Positions 51,903 to 64,000 of a DNA stretch of 64,000 nucleotides are shown one piece after another. Position 1 is the first letter of the stretch, and every line of letters begins with the position of its first letter. Under the pieces are notes generated by a model. It made no database searches. It was not told where the DNA came from and saw nothing but the letters and a program-made list of their open reading frames with translations. The DNA comes from Botryllus schlosseri (lineage: Eukaryota): assembly GCA_051294905.1 (NCBI GenBank), contig CM119372.1, positions 16,556,001 to 16,620,000 on the forward strand, in the 5' to 3' direction. The translations under genes were made by a program, and so were the position numbers.

Positions 51903-54900
51903 CTACAGCTCAGTCGCATACGTGTGCCTTTTGAGCACGCCGGGACCGCCCGCAGAGCTCATGTGCGGGTCTATCGGGTGCTGCGCGTTGATTTGACGCG
52001 GTGCGGGTCCGTTTCTGTGCCGTTGGTGCGTGTTCACGGGCAGCGGCGGCGGGCCAGGCATCATGTTGTCGTTGTAAGATGGATATCCCCCGGCTGGCAC
52101 GACTCTGTGCTGATACGGTACGGAATGATGAATCCGGCGCTCGTCGGAGGGAATATCGTGAGGCAAAACGTCCGCATTGTCGTTTGCCAGATAGGATAGT
52201 CTGTCGTGGTATCTCACGGGCAGTGACGGAGCTGACATTTCTTCGAAATGACTCTGGGGGTGGTAAGATCTGGATATCACGCGATCGGAATTCACCGATA
52301 CGGCCGGCGAAGACGACCTGCTTCCGTTGTTGCTGTTGTTGTTGTTAGCGTTGTAACTTGATGACGAGTTTACCCGCGGCCGCCTGACGCTGCCCGAGAA
52401 GCTGTTGTGTCGCTGTCCGGGAATTCTGATCGCACACTCGGACGACTCGCTGATGGAGTTTCTGTTCCCGCACTTGTTGCTATCTTCCCGCAGCTTGATC
52501 AGCAGCTTCGTGATTTCTCGCGCGCTGTGCGGCGGGGCGAATTTCTCCGCCTCTTCCAAGTCGCGAATCGCAGCCGTCAGTCGGGAGGCGTCCTTGCGCA
52601 CTCGGGCCCGCACGAACAACGCTTCGTACCAGTACGGCTTCAGCTGCAGAGCGCGATTGCAAGCGATTTCGGCTGAACACGAAAAATGGGTGTCATGGCT
52701 TGTGATCATCATATGAGGTCACTGGTCACGCTATGTAGAGAAGTACTTCTGCCTTTTTCGAGTGATCACTGATCATGCAGGTTTCGAATTACTCAAATGA
52801 TTATATCTGTGACTATTTCCGCATACTTCTTTCATTAAGACCACATACTTTTTACCATTTGGATTTTCTACAGTAGAAAGTAGTTTTGGTATATGCTTGC
52901 ATTGCTTTTATGAGTAAAATTGTCACGACGAATGGTAGGAAGAGCCTACCTAGCTGTAGTGGTTAGTCATTGAGCGTTAGTCGTGAAGATGCGTCTTGCA
53001 ATTTTGAAAGTGCCTGCCTCCGATTAAATGCTAAATGTATGTGACCCATCGACCAAATCTACTTTTTGAAACTACTTTTCACATCATCATTTTCTACTTC
53101 TACTTGAAGGTATGTCTTTGGAATTGATTGTTCTACTTGTAATTGAGTAGTAGCTTACGGTATTACTTCTACTTGAGTAGCAACACTGACTACTCCGACC
53201 ATCTCTGGCGATGATCAGGATGGAATGCACCGAAACTCACCTGTGTCGATATCGTTGACTTTTCGGGAACATTTGGCAAGTCCCAAGAGAAGCAACGCCG
53301 TGAGCTCTCGTGTCCTTTCGTGCCCTGAGATGGTTTCGTTGCCGGCCGCGTTCGGGCTGGCGACAGGCTCTTTCAACTGATACAGGGCGTTCGAGTAGAT
53401 ATCGCTGGCTTCTCGTATCTTCCCGTCCTTGTATAATAGATTGGCGTTTTCCACGCATTTTTCTAAAATTTCGAAAAATGACGGTTAAGGAAAAGTAGAT
53501 TTGGTCGATACGCCTCATGCTTGTTCTCCGAATAAGTAAAAGTACTTCGTTATTGACCACATCTGCATATATCACGTAAGCACTGTGCGAAAATGCGAAT
53601 TGGAAAATCCTCTCACCAAGTAGAACAGCCAGCATTGCAGGATTATTAAGCGCGCGATTCCAAGCAGCGTCAGTTATTGAAACGCCGCTGTTCAATATCA
53701 GCGTCGTGGTCTTGACATTCTGGTTGACAATGGCCCGTTCCAGGGGAGTCATATTGTTCATTTCCCTTCTCGTAAACTCCGCGCCGGCGTTGAGCAACAG
53801 GTCGATAACTTGCTCGTTCCCGGAATTAGTGGCCAAATCCAGCGGCGTGCGGCCGTATTTGTCTCGATGTCTGACGTCCGAGCCGTGGTCGACAAGCGTC
53901 CCGACACACGGTAGATGTCCTCTAACGGCCGCCCAGCAGAGTGCCGTGAGTCCTTCCTTGTCGATAGCGTGCACGTTCGCGCCTGAATTGGAAATTTGTT
54001 TAACGCAACGATTCGCACTCTATGAATATGCATATTTACCATTAGATAGAAGCAGCTTTAGAATTCCAACATGCCCGACGGATGCGGCTGTGATAAGAGG
54101 CGTGCGATGGGCGGAGTCCGCCCCCTCTATTGACGCGTGAAGATTTATCAGCAGCGACACTGTTTCCCATTGACCCTTCAAGTTGAAAATATGCGTTTGA
54201 AAGCACTGCTTGCAACACGTTTCCAGAACGAGTCAATTCGTACAGTGCATATGCAAAACCCGGGATTCTGACGCCTTCTTAATATTTCAAGACCCAGATG
54301 CGTGTTTGACCGACCATGCGTTCGGTCGGATTTCGATTGATTGTGCTTGCGATCTTACACGTGAGGTTGTGTGCAAGATTGGAGTATTTGGGTGTAATAA
54401 AATCGGAATAATTACACATTATTTTTGTTTGTTTTGTGGTATTCCTGGTATTTGTCGACTACTATGGTCATTTACACCAGGCCGATATTCTTCATTTTTC
54501 CCGTAACTGCCGACTTATAGCACGGCCCACTTGGGCTTTTTGTAAGACACCGCTTACGCGGATGAGATGGCGAGGAGGAGCCTAAATAAACCCCTAACAC
54601 TTAGGAATAGGAATTCTGAAGTTGACCTCGGTCGGACTCGAACCCTAACCCATCGGTATTGCAGACGCGGATTATACCACTGCGCCATCTCGCCACGTGC
54701 GGAATAATGACATGCTGTCTTAATTACTGTCCGGAGTAGGAATCGGGTGTGTATTAAGAATTGGACTGGGGGATTGTAAGCAAGCAACAGGCCTGCTAGA
54801 CATAATTACCTGTTTCACAGCGCACAGGAGCGGCGTCATTCCGAAGTTATTACGAAGTTCAATCTTCGCGTCCCTTTGGCGAATCAAGTATTCGCAAGTT

Positions 54901-57900
54901 TGCTCCTTTCCGCGCGAAGCCGCCGCGGTGAGAGCGGATTCTCCGCGAGTGCGGTCGATGCCGTCTGGATCGCACCGCAATGCCAGTTCCGGATGATCGA
55001 GCAGGTATTGCAGTAACTGTGAATTGATGGCGTTAGCACAGCGGCAAATCTCAGCAGTTATAATCAGAAATGCGTCATAAGGGATGGCGGAATGATGCGT
55101 ACTTGCCGGCAAATGAGTCATACCCGCTTTCCGTTTGTTCGGATGCTGTTTCTAGCGCTAGGGCTATGGAAATAGGGGAAAATATCCTACCTTGATACAT
55201 CCCGTCGTGGCAGCAGCCACAAACGCTTGCTGGGCTGCGAATTTTCTTTGGTCTGGCGATATGTAAAGATCGCAAGTCAGCAAAATGACCGCGATATTGA
55301 AGTTGTCTCTAGATACTGCATGCAACAGTGCGCTGTGTCCGTTTCTGTCGGCTATGTCGATCTAAAGAATATAGATGTATGAATGAACGGCGCTGCAGGC
55401 ATCCGAACATTAAGTCACGTACTCTCGGAGGCGGATTGGACTGGAGAAGTAGTTTGACAATGTTGATATGGCCAGCAGCAGCGGCGTACGCTAAACAGGT
55501 CATTCCGTTAGACGCGGCCAAGTTGACGTCGGCGCCGTACGTCAGTAACAGGTCTACGAAGTCCTCAGAGCCTGCAGGAATAGAGGGACTTAAAATATAC
55601 TTGAAGCATCATACGTTAGTGATTTCGAAATATTTTCCCTGTCGGTCATTATAGTCTAGCAACGATTGCAATACTCTCAATGATGACAAATGACTAACGT
55701 CACGGATAGATTTTTGCGCGCCGCTAGCTATCATCCTTTGTCTCAAAACACGTATGTAATAGCTGACTAAGCAAACGAGGAAACTGAGTCATAGATTTTA
55801 TCCGTTTCTCTGCATCCACGATATTAAGACAAATCAGAGACCTACATTTTATACGTGATACAAACTCATCACTACTATCTTACCGATATGTGCCGCTGCA
55901 CACAGTGGCGGGGCTTCGCATAAGACTTGCGATCTTGCATTCGGATTGGCGCCGCTGTTTAACAGCAATCGGCTCACCTAAAAAGTTCCGAAACGGTAAA
56001 TCGCCACTTAAGCCACATGAGATCGCGTGTTACTTACTCCGATGTTTGGGTAAAACAAATTCCTGATCGTTGTCAAGCTTTCGCTGAGACAACTGCAGTT
56101 TTTCGCCATGAATTCAGAATGCAGCTTGAATGAGTTGACTCCTAAGAAGAAAGAAATGACACTGTCATTAACTGACATTCCGCACAGAATTGAGAATGTT
56201 CTAACACAGCTGCAATATTGAAGTTCTGTACCTCGAAGAGCCTATACGAATGTAAATGTATAGGTTACCTGTCGTCTTAGACTGGTTTCGGAACATCTTG
56301 GCCTTTAGTAAGTGATGCGCCATCTCAATTGCAGCGTGTGGCGTGACTCGCTCTCTTGGCAAGCGAGACATGACCTTGGTCAAAAGTGTATGACCGCGCT
56401 TCGGGTCAACCGCAAACTTTCTGGCAGATGAAGCTACGAAGAAATTCGAGGTTTAGTTCATTTCTCGAATATGGCAATACACAAGTTTGTTATCATACTT
56501 GGCACTATTTGGGCCTCGTCGTGATGGCCGGCGGACAACCAGTCCCTGAAAGAAGGGTGAAAAAACGACCGCCTTTCGTCTGTAGGCCGCACCACGAAAA
56601 ACTGAGAGACCATGTCCATAAAATATTGAAACTCCTCACGCGTGAGTTCACGGTGTTCTTCCGATCCGGCCACAATCGCCTTGGAAAGATGAGAGAGTTT
56701 GAGTCACTTCCGTTACAGGCGAGTGAAATATTTATACATACCTGATATATTTGATCATCGCGAAGAGGATAGAGCGACGCTAGAGCGACTGCCAAGATGT
56801 CCTTGACTCTTTGGAACGCCGCTGTGCTTGTGAACCTCAGGTTACACATCAGAAGGAAAACCTCACTAATGTTCACCGGAATGATTTTGAAGCCGGCACT
56901 TTTTGGCGCCAATTTCCCCATCTCGATGAGATCCAGCGTCAGTCGCAAGTACAGGATGTTGCCTTCGCATTTCGACATGAGGTGCGATGTCAAAAGCTTC
57001 TGCGTTGTGGCGGCATCAGGCTTTCCTAAATTATCATGATGCATTCACTAGTCTTATCAGGTATTTCAGCACCAACAAATTGTCACAACATACGTTGCAC
57101 GTCTGACAGCGAAATCGACTACTTTTTCGATATCATCCTAATCCTACAGAGGCATTTTAATTATAGGAATTTAAACGTACCCATGATTGTCATATTGCCG
57201 AGAACACTTGATGCGGCAATTCTGCTGGATATATAGGCTTGTATATCTCTTGTGACATTTTCGTTTGACTCTTCAAAATCTATTGAAAATTCCATCAAGG
57301 GAAGTTTTCCAATAGCTTCCTGATAATATATCAAATCATATATATCATGTTGTGTCTTACTAGTTACGAAGAAATAGAAGCATACCTTCTCTCGAGTGCG
57401 ACATGTCGTGATTACTTTCAGGAACGATGGAAATTCAGGAAGATGTCGCTGTAGGAAGGAAGCGATTGAATCGCCATGGTCGGGTCGATGCTGCTCGGCT
57501 TCTCCGAGTCCGTCAATAAGAATGATGAAGTTCTGTTTTGGCAGTTGTTGAGCTGGAATACAAATCATAATAATCGATATTATGAAATATTCAACGTGTT
57601 AAGTATATCGTAAGGTACCATTTCGCAAAATCAATAGAGGTTGTAGAATTGCCTCTTTCCATGCTTGCGTGGGGTTTTGTAAACAACTCCTCAGACTGAG
57701 AAGATTTTGTAAACGAGGCTGGCCCAGTAGGTAATCCCTAAAAGCGAAAGCAAATGATTGGCATCATACAGGTTCGTAGCCACATGTGTGGAATCAGGGA
57801 TATCTAAGTTTTAGATATCCCTGGTGTGGAATATAGTACCTGTAGTGAACCAACTGCGGCGCCTGTGTCAGCTGCGCCGCGATGCTGTGCAGGAATTCCG

Positions 57901-60900
57901 GAACGTAACAAGTCGTGTTGTTGTCAGCTTGGCAATAATGATAAGCCACGACCCAAGAGGACAACTTTTTAAGCGCATCCTCCGTAGTCAAGGAAGTCTG
58001 ACTGCTGCTTCTGCTGTTAGCTTTGGCGGCAGCTATACCGAAAGCTGGACTGCCGGTTCGGCTTGAGTTGTTGGAATGATTGATCATGTGCCTGTGAAGT
58101 CTAGGCGACCCTGATCGAATGGACGACAGAGTGGCATTACTTCCAGCCTGTCCAGAGTTCTTCAAACTGTGGTAGCTGTGCGATCCGAGTTGATTGATGA
58201 TTGATGTTTTGCCAGTGCTGTCGTCACCGTAAATAATCTGGAATTTATAATTTGTCAAGTTCTGCCAAGCGAGATCAAAACTCGCACGAGCCAAGGTTAC
58301 TTACCGCTCCTGCGTATACGCTGGAATTTGCTCCTGTCAGGCAATTGGCAATGTCCGAGAATAACCATTCCCTTCCAACGAATTTCGATTCCGAAGCAAC
58401 CGCCCAAGGCAGATCAAATTGAAAGCTGTGAATGTTGACATCTGGAAGGTAGTATGGAGCAACTCGACCCACTGGCGAAAAAAGAATTATATCTGTTGAT
58501 ATATTGCATAGCAGTGGAATTGTAGTGCAAACTTACTTCTCATTACATCGCTTGTAGAAGAGGCATTGCTGAGCGGCGGGTGCCTGTCGTTTGATCGGTT
58601 TGAACCTCGCCTGGCAGAGCGACGGTTGAAACCGCTGTTGTCAAAACTAGCACTGTGAAATACAACATTGTATTAGTCTCTTCTAGAAGGATGCCGGAAT
58701 CTCAGCGCTTGCGTTGTCCGTTTCTTACCTAGGTTTATGAACTAGACTTTGAAGCATCGGGTTAGGTACAGGTACCGACAGTGAATGCGGTCTGTGATCT
58801 TCCCAAAAGCCCGAACCCACTGCACTTCCTGCGTAGGAAGAGGAGTTGGCGGAGCTCTGTCTGCTGTGCGATATGCTCATTGATGACATGCTGAAAGCTA
58901 CATTGCGAGACAGCTCCTGATCCGAAGGCCTGAAATTGCATATGATCAGAGATGGTCAAAGTAGTCAGCGCTGCTACTCAAACAGAAGCAGCGATTTTCA
59001 AAAGATTTCAAAACTAATTTAATCGGGGTAAAAAATGGAGGGTCTGAATCGGAATAGAACTCAAGCAAGTGGTTGCAAATAATCGATTTGGTCGAAGGTC
59101 CGCATGCCTGTAGCAGTTAATGGGAGGCGAGAGCAACGAAAATTGACTACCAACACTACGAATAGGCGCAATCTTCGGAAAGATATTCAGTTACTGTGAT
59201 ACAGGGCTTTTTCACAAGAGCAATTTCACTCATAAAACATATGTTAACTGATCTTAAAGCTACTTTCTACTTTTCAAAATCCTGAAACACTGTTTCGTAG
59301 ACGCAGAAGCAGTCTAATAACATAGCTACATGCTACACTCCGAAAAAGTAGAGGTATTTCACCACCACTGCACAATGCACATGATACATACGGTAAAAAA
59401 TGCACATCGCAAAGGTAGTAAACAAGAATGTATGTTTACCATTGCCGCGCGGGACTCATCATCCTGTGGTCATTATTTGGACTAGGCGTGGACCTGGCCA
59501 TTCCCGAAGACGCACGCAGCATCTGTATCATGTTCGGTGCGGCTTGTTCGTACGGCGCCATGACAGGCAGGGGCTGCATCTGCGCGTTCGGGTACTGCGT
59601 GTAGTGCGAATGCGCCGGCATGCGGCTAATAGGCGGTTTTCCCGTGACGCGAGTTTGCGGCAGAAAGTTATTGTTTTCTTCGCGGTGGTAGGAGGGCTGC
59701 TGCCTGTGACGGGCGAGGTCTTCGTGTGACTTATCGGTGGATGAAGTTCGGGAGTGCATGTTCCTGTCTTCCATGGGGGGAGGCGGTGGTGGTGGCGGGA
59801 GATCGTCGTAATCATCGTAGTAGCTGTGCGATGGGGGCGGCGGAGGCGGCGGTGGTAATGATTCGTAATCTGGAACCTGCAATGGCAGTAATAGCATAGG
59901 TGGTTAAAGCAGTGAACGTTCCTACTCAAGTAGGAGTAACGCCGCAAATGTCGCCTCAATTGGGAGTAGGAAATGAAAGGTTCGAAAATGACTCAAACAA
60001 GTAGCGCCAAAAAGTAGATTTGACCGAGACGTAGCATAGTTATAGTAGTCAATCGGAGTCGGCTACTTTCGAAATTAGTATATGTGCCTTCGTGACTAAA
60101 TCAAAAGGATTAATGAGCATGGCACTACGGATGTAGACCAAATCTACGAATACATATTGAGATACGGTGATACAAGGCCTATTTCTCACATGGTTTTCAT
60201 GACAATTTTATTCGTAAAAGCGATTCGATCTTCTCCCAAACTACCTTAAACTACTTTTCAAAATCGAAAGCATGAGAAGTAAGCAATTTTGCCGAACAAA
60301 CCGCCTAATTGAGTGCTAGAAAAAGTAGACTTACTTCGTTACTAATCCCCTCTAAGAAATTACAATACAAAACAAGCAACGGAAGATTAGATTGAGCAAA
60401 TCTTACCGCTGTGGCGTTCGAATGCGACGACATGGACCTTTTCATAGCCTTGTAACTCGCGAAGTCGCACACCGAAGCGGCCGGGGTCAACGAACGCGAC
60501 GAGGACAAACTCGAATGGATGGAGGGTTCGGCGGAGTTCGATTCAGAGCAGAGCTGCGGCAGTTTCATCACCTCTAAAGAATCTAGGTGGAAACCTATGA
60601 TTTACTACTTGGCTTGTATGGCGTCAAGCTTTAGGTTTCGGTACCTGCTGCCTCTGACAATCTCTCGCTGGTTCTTCTCGATTTGGGAACCGGCGGCACT
60701 TTCGAGCGAATATCCGGACCCGGTAAAGTTTGCGTGTTTTGTCTTCTGGGATCTGCGTTCCAAAGCTTTTCCTCGCACTGTTCCGCTAACCGTGGCTTTG
60801 ATACGTCAGTTCTAATAAGATGAACGAAATATCCACGGTTAGACGATTATTATACGGGTTTATACCGTATCGAGAAGCTTACTTCTTATCGCTGTGTACA

Positions 60901-61306
60901 ATATCGGATGAACTTCTCGAATGGCTGGGAATGCCGCTATCAGTTCGGGAGTGGGATGATAAATCGATGTTACGGGAGTCCAGAGATCCCGTGCGGTTAT
61001 TCGAGTCGCCGGTCCCGGCAGAGTTAGAGAGGTTTTGTCGAAATTCGGAATCGAAGGAGCCTACGCTGCTGCCTGGATCATGACAGAATCGTTCGTAAAT
61101 CTCACATGATTTTATGAAGAGATTTCGGTCGACTCACCTATGCCTTTGTCGGATAACGTGGAAGCGGGGCTTGTTGTGTTGTAGTGCTTTTTTCGTCTTT
61201 CTGTGCTGGTAGTTGAGAAGCAGGTATTCGGAGTTTGGTGATTTAAGATAGGGTGAGCGTACGAGTGCGTTTTCACAGTGCTGATTCTGTGATTGATGGG
61301 GCACAT
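51903..61306 (-). CDS. TANC2: TANC / rolling pebbles-like scaffold (P-loop NTPase, ankyrin repeats, TPR), ~1760 aa
   Basis: 24 in-frame exons: 61306-61138, 61072-60883, 60811-60645, 60573-60407, 59876-59440, 58929-58729, 58652-58537, 58471-58305, 58237-57840, 57737-57619, 57552-57386, 57319-57181, 57025-56742, 56679-56499, 56433-56269, 56141-56038, 55977-55884, 55571-55423, 55361-55191, 55016-54810, 54175-54040, 53982-53617, 53462-53241, 52672-51903. Motifs FVGREWLF, GDDSTGKT, VVAYHYCQADNNTTCYVPEFLHSIAAQL, AEQHRPDHGDSI, FHPSFRDWL, ankyrins, TPR, C-terminal TEL. The start codon is uncertain, and the gene is probably co-orthologous to TANC1/2. Confidence 0.93.
54452..54700 (-). mobile_element. 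Family-B tRNA-derived SINE in TANC intron
   Basis: Minus head gtggcgagatggcgcagtgg...ggttcgagtcc; colinear with 20840-21085. Confidence 0.8.
57795..57823. mobile_element. 29-bp palindromic micro-insertion in a TANC intron
   Basis: cagggatatctaagttttagatatccctg with flanking duplication gtgtggaat (57786-57794, 57824-57832). Confidence 0.8.
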
Positions 61307-63884
61307 TCAAAACACGGTAGAACCTCAACACTATTAGCATCACAATAATAGATTTTCAGTGCTGCAATTTACCTATGTCCTTCTCCAAAAAGCAGACCTA
61401 AACGAGTCATTAATGCCTGTTCGTCGCTAGATGGCGCTTCGGTGCTTTGCGGCGTGGTCAATTTGCTCATAGCATGAGATTCTGAAATACCGAAGGGATA
61501 AGAATAACACGAGTGTTCGACTGAACGACGAAAACAATGTAAGGAATGACTAGAAGCGACTAAACGCAGTTTAGGGCCATTTAAAGAAGGTCAATACCTT
61601 CAAATGGCATGATGACAGTACTTGCTAGCACGATTGTCTCAACGCTTACAATGACAACTGTTTCAATAAAATGTCGCGAACTCCAATTAAGTGGAAAGCA
61701 GGTTTTCGGACGTACAATTTCAAGATGATTTCGCTACCTAGAATTGTTACATTTCATCTTAACTGTATGGCATGCTTAATCTGCATGAAAATTCGACAAT
61801 ATCGCCACACAATCTTGAATGGAGCCAGCTTATTACCTTGATGAAAATCTCAACAGATGTAGTCACATAAAGGCATCAGAAAAATTCAAAATTGTACAAG
61901 ATTTTTTAAATGCCTTTCACGCCACGACGATATCCACGCTCGCGCCTGGCGTTTATCATTTTTTATTTGATTATCGTACGATATTTTTGTATCATGGTTG
62001 AGAAATCCATTGATAATTTCTCGGATTGTTCGCAGCGTTCGTGCTGCCATCAACGCGAGGTTTTCTCGGAAAATTCTAGTGCATGACGGCGCAAACAATT
62101 AAAATTGTTTATTTTGCGTTACCATCGCAACCACTTGTAAAACAATAGGTTACTGTATGATCTCGAAAGCCCACACGCTCATTCAATCACCCGTTATGAT
62201 ATCATGCATGAAACGTGGTATCAACGCGGCATACCAACAGCGCATACTTTTCCGGATCACGAGATACGCTTTCAAGAAATGCTCAGCTAGTTCCTTGTCC
62301 TTGAGATACAGTTAAAAACCATTTCCATTTCACCGAACCCATATAAAACCCGTATGAGATTAGAGCAGCATAAAGCATTATTGAGAGAATTCGATGAGTA
62401 TACAAACACATTTGTATACTTTTCACATTCACGTGTAAGTTCTGGTACTGAAAATACCTCTATCTTTTAAATGCCGTCGGTCGAGAAGTACATACTATCT
62501 GAATCACCGTACGAATCTCACTGCTAACGCGATTGCAACATCAATACGCAACCAGTACTTATAACTCGTGGCGAATTCCTCACCCCGGTAACATCTTGAT
62601 GTCTCGACATGATACAATTTCGAATCGATCCCGCAGAGTCCCATAAACGGATTAAATCAGCGTCTTTGATGTGGTTGAGTAAAGCGAGAATTAACCGTTC
62701 CCATTACTCCATAAGTCTAGGCGACGGTAGGCCGTTGAACCTATGTTAATGAATAACTATACAAACGCTGTTTCATCTACCCTTTCGCACAGCGGCTTAA
62801 TCGCATATAGAGTGTTTGAAATGCGTAGCAAAACAAGTAGCCGTTTCCGTAGGATTACATCGCAAAGGTTGGCGTATGACATACGCTATTTTGAGAACGG
62901 TTATACGGTAAATATATAAAAAAAATTCATTCCGCGTTCATAGGTAAATCTAAGTCCACCTGATCTCGTATCTGCACCGTATTCAAGGTTACTAAAACAC
63001 ACGGCATCGTGAACAGCACAGAGAATCGTTTAAGAACTAGTTACTTCCGATATTGTGCCTATTTGTTACGTTTGTTAAATCTTGCCTCCCTCAAAGGCTG
63101 CCGGGAAAAGCTATAATTTTCGGTTCATTGAAATTATAAACTTTAATCGCTAGCTATGCCGCCGTGATCTCTTAAATTGCTAGCGAATTCGCTTGAGGAA
63201 TCTCTATAATTTCTACGACGGCCAGAAATACCTGACCGCACGTTGAGAGGTACATTTTCGAAGTCAAAGACATCGGCCGTTGCGTTACGTTTCGCGTTCC
63301 GAAAGATAAAATCATCGGGATTGGAAGTCAGTGTCCGATGAACGTGACTAAGCCGAAGGAATTAAGCCCAAAGTCGGATTTGCCTGTTCATGAATGATGG
63401 CTCAAACACGAATACACAGCACCATAAAGAACCGACCAACAGAACATCAAAACAATTCCCAGTAAATGTATCAGACAAACTTGGATGCTGGAACTGGAAC
63501 TTAATGACTGTATCAAGTTCATAAAACCTTCTGCTGAGTGCTGAAGAGTTTATCATAACAATACGCTCCATAAATTATACCCTTGATACACAGCTCCGTA
63601 CCTTTGTCGTTAAATTCCATTGAAACGCAACGTCGGCAGTTCAAAGTGATTCGCGTCGCTTCGCGGCGTGTTGATATTCCGGAAGCGTATTTAAATCCGA
63701 TATTAAATTAATGTCGTGTTTTTCTTTCACTAATCATCACGATTAATCGCGGATTCAAAAGAAATGTGCAGGCAGTATATCCAAAAAACGATGTAAGATA
63801 TTTATTATATTATCAATCTGTAAGTCAGGAACGGTTATATTTTATTCCTCCGTTACTACCAACTATAATAAACTGCCTGAAGAG

Positions 63885-64000
63885 ACTCTTGGAGGTATAT
63901 AACTTCCATATACAATAGCAAAATATGTTCACATTGACATAAACTCTAATTATTTCGGGTGAAGCTCTTCAGGGGTAATCGTCATTTATATTCAATGTTC
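63885..64000 (-). mobile_element. Penelope-like pseudo-LTR end related to 208-345, cut by the window edge
   Basis: tcttggaggta..aacttc.atatacaat..tcaggggtaatcgtca shared with 208-309; minus strand has hammerhead-like CUGAAGA-G..C-GAAA. Confidence 0.6.

Noticed and set aside
51924..57039. Plus-strand ORFs overlapping TANC exons
   Set aside because: Antisense shadows of GC-rich coding exons
60335..60351. Apparent TANC microexon with GTAAGT donor
   Set aside because: It is the end of a cagaggtggtc-family MITE, and the flanking exons already join in frame

Overview
Intron-rich, transposon-dense animal genomic DNA. The short 55-75 nt introns and repeat types suggest a marine invertebrate, possibly an ascidian (inference only). 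Five protein-coding loci can be reconstructed by hand. (1) A partial GNAT-type acetyltransferase-like gene (-). (2) HIBADH (+, 9 exons, including an obligatory 17-nt microexon with a GC donor). (3) A Canopy/CNPY gene (-) with two alternative versions of its central segment: one 195-nt exon versus a 110+127-nt exon pair. (4) A divergent ADF/cofilin-family gene with an intronless CDS (+). (5) A TANC/rolling-pebbles-like gene (-, 24 exons). The rest is largely nested non-autonomous DNA transposons (many hAT MITEs with 8-bp TSDs, a Kolobok element with a KolX remnant, a P-like foldback), a solo LTR, tRNA-derived SINEs and a Penelope-like fragment carrying a minimal hammerhead ribozyme. The best candidates for novelty are the one-exon-versus-two-exon switch in CNPY and a minus-strand transcript whose ATG overlaps the HIBADH ATG. 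All coordinates and alignments were made by eye; no database searches were run.
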